Below are positions 27,375 to 35,502 of a stretch of DNA of 64,000 bases, piece after piece. A program made the translations under genes and the position numbers. The notes below the pieces were generated by a model. The model was not told the DNA's origin. It made no database searches and saw only the letters and a program-made list of their open reading frames with translations. Every line of letters begins with the position of its first letter. Position 1 is the first letter of the stretch. The stretch is from positions 1-64,000 of IMG/VR virus record IMGVR_UViG_3300017987_000001. One strand, given 5' to 3'.

Positions 27375-27747
27375 GAGTTTCTTCGAGATCTCCGACGGCG
27401 TCGATCACCATCCGGACGAGGTTATCGCCATCGACCTCGGCTATCGAGAACGGTGTCACGGCGTGGAGGCGTATCGGGTTGCCGAACACGTCGACATCCA
27501 CGGTCTCGCCGAAGAGCATCCACTCACCGTCCTTGAGCAGTGGCTGCAGTTGTCGCATGAGTGCCGGGGCGGAGAACCCGGAGTCGTAGGGCACGACGAG
27601 CTTGATGTGCATCGGCAGCGGCCCCTCCCAATGCACGACCGACTCCTCCTTCGCCTTGAATCGGTTCCACGCCCAGTACAGCTTGCTCGTCACGGCGTCC
27701 TTCTGGTCTATGGTTGTCGATCGAAGTAGCTGGAACATCCAACTCAT
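27304..27747 (-). CDS. hypothetical protein
   Basis: ATGA coupling. Confidence 0.55.
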   Translation of the reverse strand: MSWMFQLLRSTTIDQKDAVTSKLYWAWNRFKAKEESVVHWEGPLPMHIKLVVPYDSGFSAPALMRQLQPLLKDGEWMLFGETVDVDVFGNPIRLHAVTPFSIAEVDGDNLVRMVIDAVGDLEETLDTDLTKSRVVPRGAASGSVGES

Positions 27748-28496
27748 AGGATCTCACCTATCTTCGTGATGACGGCACTGACGCCTCCGTGCACGGTATG
27801 CCCTGCGGCACCCCGATTGTTGAACGCGTCCAACACTTTGTTCTGGGTATCGTGCGGGGTGAACCGCGAATTGATGATCGCCACATCCGCCTGTGGGATC
27901 CCTCGCTCGTGGCCATCCGACGGCAGGAACAGCAGTTCCGCACGTCCCTTGAATCTCGCGCTGATCTCGTGCGACTGGCTGGCGAGCATGCCCACCACCA
28001 GTACGCGCGGCAGCTTCTTCTCCGGCTTCGGTTTCGGAATCTCGACCTTCACGGGAACGGCACGACCCTCCAGCCGCGCTAGTCGCTGCAGGATCTCCTG
28101 ATGCTGGGTCTCCACACGCGCCATGATCTCTATCAGAAGATCCTCCGTGCTCGTCTTCTTGATGGCGTCGCGGCGTGCGTCGCTGACCATGTCCGTAAGC
28201 CGTTGCTTCAGGTCCGACTGCGTCTTCTTTGCCGTCGTTGCTTCCGTCTTGGCGCTCTCTAGAGCACGCGCCTTCTCCCGCATATCGCGGAACTTGGTCT
28301 TCAGCGCCTCGCTCAACCATGGGATGACCTTCACCGATGGAATGGTGCGTTGCCGATCCTTGGGTAGCTGAGCTTGGGCGCGGTTGATGATTGAGATCAG
28401 TGATGAGTCCGGATCATTCTGGCGCATTACGAACACGGCGTCGATCAGCTTGTGCTTCTCGTCGTCGTTCCAGTAGATCCGCTCCTTTTCAGCCAC
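27744..28496 (-). CDS. hypothetical protein (HTH-like N-terminus, coiled coil, Rossmann-like C-terminus)
   Basis: AGGAGG SD; 250 aa. Confidence 0.7.
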   Translation of the reverse strand: MAEKERIYWNDDEKHKLIDAVFVMRQNDPDSSLISIINRAQAQLPKDRQRTIPSVKVIPWLSEALKTKFRDMREKARALESAKTEATTAKKTQSDLKQRLTDMVSDARRDAIKKTSTEDLLIEIMARVETQHQEILQRLARLEGRAVPVKVEIPKPKPEKKLPRVLVVGMLASQSHEISARFKGRAELLFLPSDGHERGIPQADVAIINSRFTPHDTQNKVLDAFNNRGAAGHTVHGGVSAVITKIGEIL

Positions 28497-28546
28497 ACAC
28501 CCTCCTATGGAAATGGCCCGACCATTACTGGCCGGGCCATCTCTTG

Positions 28547-28753
28547 TCAGTACCTCGCGTCAGTCGTGTAGTCGGTCAGGCCGTGCATACGAATCCACTG
28601 CACGACGAATTCTGGCGGCGGGATCTTGGCGTCGAACGCCTCCCGCAACCGCTTCGGCTCGCAGTTCAGCTCGTCACACGCCTTGCGCGTTCGGATACGG
28701 AACTGCCTGTCGACTTCGAACCTCCACTCGGCAAAGGTTTTGTAGTTTGCCAC
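28547..28753 (-). CDS. small hypothetical protein
   Basis: GGGAG SD; followed by a hairpin at about 28513-28540. Confidence 0.6.
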   Translation of the reverse strand: MANYKTFAEWRFEVDRQFRIRTRKACDELNCEPKRLREAFDAKIPPPEFVVQWIRMHGLTDYTTDARY

Positions 28754-28762
28754 GGCTGCTCC

Positions 28763-29425
28763 CTACATCGTCGTGGTGCTGAGACCACACTGGGGGCATG
28801 TCGCTTCAGATGGTAACCTCGGAGCCTGACAGTGAGCGCACTTGATGACCTTGACCTTCACTTCCTCAAGCGTGTCACCTGCGTCAGGCAGTAACTGGAA
28901 CAGTTCTTGGTCGGGTACGAGGATGGGCTTCAGCGCCTTCCGCGCGTTGCCGGACAACTGATCGGCCTTCGCGTGCAACGGGTTGCTGTTGCGCGGAACC
29001 CACCGCCAGCGGATTCGGTACCCGCGCGTCTCGTACCAATCCACGACGGTCCACAAGTCCAAGTTGGCCTTACGTCCGTATTCGCGGGAGCCGCACTTGA
29101 TCGTGTACTCCGAGTCGGAGAAGACCCAGACACGGTACGGCGGATCCTTCACGGATTCGCTGAGCAACTTGTAGTAGTGGTAGCTGAGCGCCTCAGTATA
29201 CGCCGTCAGCTCCATCCTGTTCACGGTTGAGTGCGACCGTCCGCCAATGACGACTGCACGCGCGTGAAGCCGTCTATCGACTAGGAACGCTGAATACCCT
29301 CCCGCGCCCTTCCAGTCCAGCCCACTGCCGTCTCCGAAGAGCAGGAGATCCCACTGTGAGAGCGGGATCTCCTGACTCTTCAGGAAAGCGGCAAGCGGCA
29401 TCTCAGGCGAGGTTTTCTGAGTCAT
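28763..29425 (-). CDS. rnhA: ribonuclease HI with C-terminal zinc ribbon
   Basis: FGDGS, TVNRMEL, SDSEY, KANLDLW, WRWVP, ADQLS; CAHC...CPQC. Confidence 0.9.
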   Translation of the reverse strand: MTQKTSPEMPLAAFLKSQEIPLSQWDLLLFGDGSGLDWKGAGGYSAFLVDRRLHARAVVIGGRSHSTVNRMELTAYTEALSYHYYKLLSESVKDPPYRVWVFSDSEYTIKCGSREYGRKANLDLWTVVDWYETRGYRIRWRWVPRNSNPLHAKADQLSGNARKALKPILVPDQELFQLLPDAGDTLEEVKVKVIKCAHCQAPRLPSEATCPQCGLSTTTM

Positions 29426-30170
29426 GCAGTACGTCGCCGGACAGGATATTGAGCAGCGTATCCCGATTCGGGCGCATCCCTCTCAGCCATCTGGTGAATG
29501 TGCCGACCACCAGTCCTGCGGCAATGTTCGCGCAGTAGATGGTCGACTTCGCGGTACAGGACTGCTGCAGCCCCTCGCCCTCACTGAAGAGCGTGCGCTC
29601 GTAGTAGTCCCGCTCGTCCGTGGCACTCACGGCGAGCACGCGCGCGATTTCGGAAGCCATGCGCGAGTCGATGAACAGGGCGTTGCTGTTGCCCTTGAAC
29701 TTCTCCGCGTACGCCTCCCATATTTCCTTCCGAACCTCCATCTTGTCAACAGCGGATATCACGACGAACCGCTGCGGCTCGGGCGGATCCTCTCCGTCCT
29801 CGACCGGCTCCGGCTCCTCGATCTTGATGTTCGAGATCATCTCGGGCCGGAACTTGTTCTTGGAGGTCTTGAGCGTGACCGCGCTGTTGATCTGGAGACA
29901 CGCCTCGGCCACGGCTTCGACCTTCAGCTTGCCCAGATCGGACTCGATGAATCCCTGAACGGCGAGGTTCTCGACGTCCACGGTGTCGAAGTCGACGATG
30001 CGGATGTTCTCGACACCGATGTGTGCCAGCTGCTTTGCGACGAGCGAGCCGATTGCGCCAACGCCGATCAGCGTGACGCTGGCCGACGCGACCTTCTCCG
30101 GCTTGATGATGTCGCGGTGCCGAATCGCGCGATTGCTAAGGTCCGGCGAATCCGGCGGCGTCGTCGTCAT
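29403..30170 (-). CDS. E1-like ThiF adenylyltransferase
   Basis: GVGAIG nucleotide loop, VDFDTVDVENL..QG, SAVD, IDSRM, SCTAKSTIYC; start could be as far upstream as 30269. Confidence 0.9.
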   Translation of the reverse strand: MTTTPPDSPDLSNRAIRHRDIIKPEKVASASVTLIGVGAIGSLVAKQLAHIGVENIRIVDFDTVDVENLAVQGFIESDLGKLKVEAVAEACLQINSAVTLKTSKNKFRPEMISNIKIEEPEPVEDGEDPPEPQRFVVISAVDKMEVRKEIWEAYAEKFKGNSNALFIDSRMASEIARVLAVSATDERDYYERTLFSEGEGLQQSCTAKSTIYCANIAAGLVVGTFTRWLRGMRPNRDTLLNILSGDVLHDSENLA

Positions 30171-31917
30171 CTCCGAGTTCGACGAGTCCTCCGGTTCTGA
30201 CGGTGTACTCTGCTGTAGCGTGCTCTCCAGCAGTGACTGCGTCTCCTCCATCGTCTGCTCTTGCGGCAAGCTCCGCCTCCACTTCCTTGCGAACTTCGCT
30301 GATGGTGATTACGTCAGTGTCGCGGCGGGCGAGCGCGGCGTCCGTTACGTCCGCTTTCTTCTCGTCTGCCGTCTTGGTGGCGTCATCGGGTTCCGCGAAA
30401 CCGGGCGCCCCGTTCGACCCCGAGCTGCATGTTGCTGCGGATACGGCTCCCGTCGCGCCGGTTTCGGCCTTCTTCTCGGACTTGTTCGCGTCCTTCGGAT
30501 TGCCCAGACACAGTTCGAGGTCTGCGGCTTCCTCGTCCTCGCGCAGGTCGATGATGTGCCCCACATTGGTGAGACGGGTGATCTTCAGCGGAGCGTACTC
30601 GCCATCGACGAATCGCCATGTGATCTCGCCGTATGCGACCGGCGATTCGGTGGCGATATCGCACAGGCTGTCGATGTCGTCCTCTTCCGAGGCATACACG
30701 TCGATGCCTTCGGCGTACTCGTACCACCCGAAGTCGGTGATGACGATGGTGCCGTTCTTGTAGCGCTCGATCTGCCAGATCTGCTCTACGCTTTCGCTGA
30801 CGAGCTTCTGCGCAGGATCATCTTCACCAGACGCGAGACGATGGCGCCCACCCCAGTCAGGAATCTCCTCCTGATCGAAGATGGAGCGGGAAGCGACGCG
30901 ACGGCGGGCGGACGAAAAGGACGAATCCGAGTTCGCCGGTGTCTTGGTCTCGAATCCCTCCGTCCCCTCATTGTCGCCACGATTCCACTGGTTGCGCCAC
31001 TCGCGCCAGTCCTGCTCGTCCATGTAGTGGCCGTAGTGCCTGCCACCGTAGTTGTCGTAGCAGCCGCCGTAGCTTCCGCCGCCGTGAACCGTGACGGACG
31101 AGCCGGACGTGTACGAGCGCGTGAGGATGTTCGCCTGATACTCCTCCTCCCACGCCTCGTAGTCCTCCTGCGTCACGCCGAGGAACGGCGGGTTGATGTC
31201 CAGCTGCACCTTCAGATCGGCCTCTCGACCTCCGCCGAAGACTTCGCCGACAATACCCTGCTCTTGGATGTTGTAGCGGAACTTGGCCTTGAACTCCCCG
31301 CCCTTCGCGAGGATGGCCATGATCGACCAGTCGCTCCCACCGAACACGTCGCGGAACGTAGCCACGTCCGTGCTGCTGGGACTGGCCGAGTTGCCCGGAT
31401 GCGTGTGCAACCAGATCCGGAGCACCTCCGACGGGTGCCATCCGACCTTGACCATGTCGTCGAGGTACTTGTTCAGCGCATCGTCGTCGAACTCGACCGA
31501 CGCGGCGCTCGCCTTCTGCTTGATGGTCAGGAAGTCGGCCACGTACAGAAGCTCGCTGCGATAGCTGAGGCCGAAACCGCTGATCTCGGTGGATCCCCGG
31601 TCCCTGAACCACTGCAGCTTCGCGTATGCTCGCGGACCGAGACGCAATGCGCCCGGAACGTTCGGGCGCGTGGCAACCTCCTTGCGCTCCGGCGTCTTCC
31701 ACGAGCTGATGGCCGAGTGCTGGCTCGCTGCGGAGCCACTGCTTCCACGCGACGTCTGCGCTGCGGCAGACGGTGTCGACGCGGACGAATTCGCCGGTAC
31801 GCTTGACCGCCCCTGATTGGGGTGGCCAAGCGTCGGCGTGTTACCGGCAAATCCTGCGGACGGGTTACTGATGATATTCTCCTCTCGTCGCCTTCTTCGA
31901 CGCCTTCGCCTACCCAT
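30136..31917 (-). CDS. JAB/MPN (JAMM) isopeptidase with long disordered extensions
   Basis: TEISGFG catalytic Glu; WLHTHPGNSASPSSTD (HxH-x7-S-x2-D); ATG overlaps the E2 stop. Confidence 0.88.
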   Translation of the reverse strand: MGRRRRRRRRREENIISNPSAGFAGNTPTLGHPNQGRSSVPANSSASTPSAAAQTSRGSSGSAASQHSAISSWKTPERKEVATRPNVPGALRLGPRAYAKLQWFRDRGSTEISGFGLSYRSELLYVADFLTIKQKASAASVEFDDDALNKYLDDMVKVGWHPSEVLRIWLHTHPGNSASPSSTDVATFRDVFGGSDWSIMAILAKGGEFKAKFRYNIQEQGIVGEVFGGGREADLKVQLDINPPFLGVTQEDYEAWEEEYQANILTRSYTSGSSVTVHGGGSYGGCYDNYGGRHYGHYMDEQDWREWRNQWNRGDNEGTEGFETKTPANSDSSFSSARRRVASRSIFDQEEIPDWGGRHRLASGEDDPAQKLVSESVEQIWQIERYKNGTIVITDFGWYEYAEGIDVYASEEDDIDSLCDIATESPVAYGEITWRFVDGEYAPLKITRLTNVGHIIDLREDEEAADLELCLGNPKDANKSEKKAETGATGAVSAATCSSGSNGAPGFAEPDDATKTADEKKADVTDAALARRDTDVITISEVRKEVEAELAARADDGGDAVTAGEHATAEYTVRTGGLVELGDDDDAAGFAGP

Positions 31918-33649
31918 TGTTGTCGGCCGGAGGCCCGAAGCCTGTTCCTGCGTTTGCGCCCGGATCGATCGCGCCGATGTACTGCGGTGCTTCGCTGCTC
32001 GGCAGCTCTTCATAGCGACCGTTTGCGCCCAGCCGTCGCAGCATATGACCGTACGCACACTGGCGCGTGGGGTCTTCGCAGCACGGCTCGTTGTCGTTGA
32101 CGGCGTTTTCGAGACAGCCAGCACAGAAGTACACGTCGCTGCAGTCGTACATCTCGTTTACGTCGAACGACTCACTGCACGTCGCGCACATGCGCGTGCC
32201 GGTTGGTGCTGCGATCAGTGTTTCTACGTTGAAGTTCAGCGGGTTGACCTCATCCTGCGGGATCGTCGGGATCGAGTCGATCGTGATTCCCCGTCGCGGT
32301 GGGATGTTCACGTAGTTCGGGTGATTGGAATCCTCACCCCGCCCGGTCTCGGGCTGCTCGGGCGGCGCGAAACCGGTACCGGCTTCGTTGCGCGCCTGAT
32401 TCTGCTGCGCCCGCTGCGTGATCTCGCGATGCCATGGATGACGCGTGGCGGCAAGCCAGTTGCCAAGCGGACAGTACTGCGAGAAGTCTGCGCAGCATGT
32501 TCTGCGATCGTCCGCACGCCGCTGCACACACGCCGTGCAGCGCCATACGCTACGACACTGAATCGCATCATGTGCGTTCACGCTCGTGCCGCACTCCCCG
32601 CATTCTATGGATTCGCGAATTGCACAACCGGTCGTGCCGAACCCGTCACAGTCCTCGCAGCCCTCGTTGCGCATATCTTCGTCGGTGCGGCAGTTGCCAC
32701 AGATCGACACGTCGCCGATATCGCAGTAGTGCGAACAGTCGCGACACACCGCGTTCTCGCAGACCGCGCACGTGTACATGTCGTCCGGGTAGCCGCGATG
32801 GCCACAAACGATACACGTGTGCGTGCGCCGGTGATTTGCAGGCGGGGGCGCCGTGCCCACATTTGGGTTACGCCGCTTGAACTCCTTCGCGAAGTACTCC
32901 AGTCGCAGGAACGGCGACCTGTGGTTGTACGTTCGAAGTACCTGATCGATGAGGATGAAGAAGGTGAACAGGTCGCCTCGCTTCAGTGCATCGCCGATCT
33001 GCAGCTCGCCGTCGCCCTCGCACATCGACGCGTCCCGCACGTGCGGGTGACAGATCGTTGAGTGATCGGGAGCCAATAGTGGGGTCTCGGCGTAGACGCG
33101 GTACGGGCGCACCACGCCACGCAAGACCTGATTCATGTTCAGCTTGACCATGTACCGGCCGAACTCGACATTGAGTTGATTAACCTCACAGTAGAGTGCA
33201 ACCGGACGGGTGAGCACGACGAGGTACCAGCCGTCGATCGAACGCTCCATCCTCCAACCGTCGAAATCGCCGGTCAGCCGCTGAAGCATTCGCGTCATGC
33301 TGGTCTTTGTGATCGGAGTCAGCTGCTTATCGTCCTTGTTGTCCGTCTTTGTGATCGTCCGACGACATGACTCGACCTGATTCTGCAGGAACGCGTGATG
33401 ATTGCGCAGAAGCGTCAACCAGTCACGGATCTCGTCGAGAAGCACGCACGCCGAGTTGACCTCACCTTTCCCGGTGTAGAGAAAATCTGCGCGGTCGCAG
33501 ATCGCCATGTACTCTTGGCTCTCCTCCACGAGGGACTGAATCATAACCTTGAGGTCTTCTGGGCGACGGGCGTTCCTGCGGCGCAGCACATCCTGCAGAA
33601 TTTCCGCAGCTTGTGCCGTGTCCGTCAGTGTCTCCATCGTTTCAGACAA
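31910..33649 (-). CDS. E2-like (UBC fold) conjugating protein with C-terminal Cys-rich zinc domains
   Basis: HPHV-x4-MCEGDG (HPH plus catalytic Cys), L.TYN..SP; many downstream CxxC; TTG start after GGAGG. Confidence 0.75.
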   Translation of the reverse strand: MSETMETLTDTAQAAEILQDVLRRRNARRPEDLKVMIQSLVEESQEYMAICDRADFLYTGKGEVNSACVLLDEIRDWLTLLRNHHAFLQNQVESCRRTITKTDNKDDKQLTPITKTSMTRMLQRLTGDFDGWRMERSIDGWYLVVLTRPVALYCEVNQLNVEFGRYMVKLNMNQVLRGVVRPYRVYAETPLLAPDHSTICHPHVRDASMCEGDGELQIGDALKRGDLFTFFILIDQVLRTYNHRSPFLRLEYFAKEFKRRNPNVGTAPPPANHRRTHTCIVCGHRGYPDDMYTCAVCENAVCRDCSHYCDIGDVSICGNCRTDEDMRNEGCEDCDGFGTTGCAIRESIECGECGTSVNAHDAIQCRSVWRCTACVQRRADDRRTCCADFSQYCPLGNWLAATRHPWHREITQRAQQNQARNEAGTGFAPPEQPETGRGEDSNHPNYVNIPPRRGITIDSIPTIPQDEVNPLNFNVETLIAAPTGTRMCATCSESFDVNEMYDCSDVYFCAGCLENAVNDNEPCCEDPTRQCAYGHMLRRLGANGRYEELPSSEAPQYIGAIDPGANAGTGFGPPADNNG

Positions 33650-33658
33650 GGTGCCTCC

Positions 33659-33707
33659 AAAAAAAGAAGAGAAGAGCGCCCGCCCGGCCGAAGCCGAGCG
33701 GGCGCCC
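33659..33707 (-). terminator. intrinsic terminator between the Ubl and E2 genes
   Basis: GGGCGCCCGCTCGGC-TTCG-GCCGGGCGGGCGCTC hairpin followed by TTCTCTTCTTTTTTT. Confidence 0.7.
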
Positions 33708-33737
33708 TGTACACATCAGACGACGTGCGTCAGACGA

Positions 33738-34046
33738 CTAACCCGCGAAGCCGGGGAGGTCCGCTCCCGCGACCTTGTGCGGGCTGATGGTGACCCTGTC
33801 ACCGTCCTGCAGGACGAAGTCGGCGGGCATCCGGCCGCCCGTGAACCGCTCGCAGCGGATCACGTACTTGGCCGGATCCTGCGTGCCCATGTGGCGCTCC
33901 CAGAGCGTCTTGACGGTGGAGCCTGCGGGCAGCGAGACGAAGTCCGCGAAGCCCGTGTCGGAGGTGGACGTCAGGAAGATGCGCATCTCGCCTTCGGGAG
34001 CCGGGGCCATCTCGGGGGCGGCGGGGGTCTCGTTCTGATCGGTCAC
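33738..34046 (-). CDS. ubiquitin-like beta-grasp protein (ThiS/MoaD-like) with C-terminal extension
   Basis: MRIFL...GSTVK.L...Y.IR...DFVLQDGDRVTISPHKVAGA-DLPGFAG; GTG after GAAAGG. Confidence 0.85.
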   Translation of the reverse strand: MTDQNETPAAPEMAPAPEGEMRIFLTSTSDTGFADFVSLPAGSTVKTLWERHMGTQDPAKYVIRCERFTGGRMPADFVLQDGDRVTISPHKVAGADLPGFAG

Positions 34047-34104
34047 GATGAAACCTTTCGCGAAAGTAAGGGTGAATGATACGAGGAGCGCGCGCTCCTC
34101 ACGG

Positions 34105-35502
34105 TTACGGCATAAACGGGGAATTGAGGCGGTCCTTCTTGACGATAATCGTCTTACCCCACGGAACGATGCTCCGTTCAAACTCGTCCGTGGTCATACA
34201 GTCCTCGGGCAACAACCACAGTGTGGGGAAGCCGTCTGGACTCTTGTCGGGACGGGACGCGGTATACGTGTCCCACCATGACTGGCCGCGCTCTTTCAGG
34301 ATGTTTGCCTTGTACGTGGCGATGGTACCGTAGCCGTCCGTGTAACCGACTATGTAGTGTGGCCTCGGGTGCATTTGTCGAATATGCATGAGGGCACTAC
34401 TGTAGTCGGTCCCACCGCGTCCAAAGAATCGCTCAAGTGGTTCGCCCGGGCGATATGGGTGAACCTTCGCGACACGCGCGTCACTCTGTACGACAGTGAT
34501 CGTCGCGCCCCGCGCACACATGCCCCGAAGTTCGGGGTCAACGAGCTTGAGTTCTTCTGCTCCCATGGACCCGCTGGTATCGATCAAGAATGCTACGCGC
34601 AATCCGCCGGTCCACGTATAGCCGCGATACGCTGGATGGCGCCGCGACGGTCGTCTACGTGTTTCGGTCCGGATCTGATGACTGTGCTGGGTTTCCATAG
34701 CGCGCAAGTGTCTGTACCACGGAACTACCGCGTCCCGCTTGGACGCCTTCATGAGTTGCTCGTGATCAGCACCGAGAGTGCCGCGCCATTTCTTGTGCAC
34801 CTCATCGCCGAACATCTTGAGTGCTTCGGACACCGACGTGATGATGTTCCTCGTGCGTTCGTCTGCGAACGTACCGTCGCTCTCACTGAGGCGGAGCACC
34901 TCACTCATGAGATACGGTACGTTCTTGCCCGGGAATCCATCCGACTGACCTGCAGTGCCAGTCGACAAGGCGGAGTTGGGTGACTGGAATTTCGGAAGCT
35001 TCAGCTTGCCTTCATTGACGAGCGTCTGGATGACTTCTGCATACTGCATTGACGTCATGCCCATCGGCACGCCCTGAAGGTGCTGTAATTGAAAACCTAC
35101 CAACCCCTCTTGCGACAAGTGCGGACTGGGATGCTTCTGGTTGACGTAGACGTCCATCGCTGCGGTTGCGATCTCTGGACCGAATCGATCAATCAGGAAT
35201 CTCCCATAGCTGGTGAAGTGCCCCTCAATGATGTGTGCTGCCTGATGTTCGAGGACTTCCAGCCGTGCTTCGAAGCTCAGCTCCTTCATAATTGGCCAGT
35301 ACAGCGTGATCTGCAATTGGCCATCGACGACGTCACAGCCCGCGTGAATCGGATAGGATCCACTGTAGCCGATCGGTGCCGATGTAGCGACGATATTGAC
35401 GTTGTGCAGGACGTAGCACAGGTCATGCCTCTTCGTCGTTACGAGATAGTAGAGGAGTTCGCTGAGCCAGTTACCGTCACCGCTGTGCTGCTCTGCGTCC
35501 AC
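34105..35502 (-). CDS. DUF2201-type metallopeptidase-like plus vWA domain protein
   Basis: LEHQAAH (degenerate HExxH), RRPSRR, IDTSGSM MIDAS, GRGGTD, TDGYG. Confidence 0.85.
   Translation of the reverse strand: MDAEQHSGDGNWLSELLYYLVTTKRHDLCYVLHNVNIVATSAPIGYSGSYPIHAGCDVVDGQLQITLYWPIMKELSFEARLEVLEHQAAHIIEGHFTSYGRFLIDRFGPEIATAAMDVYVNQKHPSPHLSQEGLVGFQLQHLQGVPMGMTSMQYAEVIQTLVNEGKLKLPKFQSPNSALSTGTAGQSDGFPGKNVPYLMSEVLRLSESDGTFADERTRNIITSVSEALKMFGDEVHKKWRGTLGADHEQLMKASKRDAVVPWYRHLRAMETQHSHQIRTETRRRPSRRHPAYRGYTWTGGLRVAFLIDTSGSMGAEELKLVDPELRGMCARGATITVVQSDARVAKVHPYRPGEPLERFFGRGGTDYSSALMHIRQMHPRPHYIVGYTDGYGTIATYKANILKERGQSWWDTYTASRPDKSPDGFPTLWLLPEDCMTTDEFERSIVPWGKTIIVKKDRLNSPFMP

Noticed and set aside
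29983-31806. Long plus-strand ORFs (also 40604-42364, 16534-17931, 7848-9110)
   Set aside because: Antisense shadows of well-supported minus-strand genes in GC-rich DNA; no motifs.
32975-33005. GDALKR in the E2-like protein (and GDALAH in the DUF5662-like protein) as members of the GDALxRL tag family
   Set aside because: Internal to folded domains, not C-terminal, and they do not match the full motif.
29403-34046. Thiamine/molybdopterin sulfur-relay (ThiF/ThiS) module
   Set aside because: No cofactor-biosynthesis, rhodanese or cysteine desulfurase genes; E2-like and JAB genes lie between Ubl and E1.
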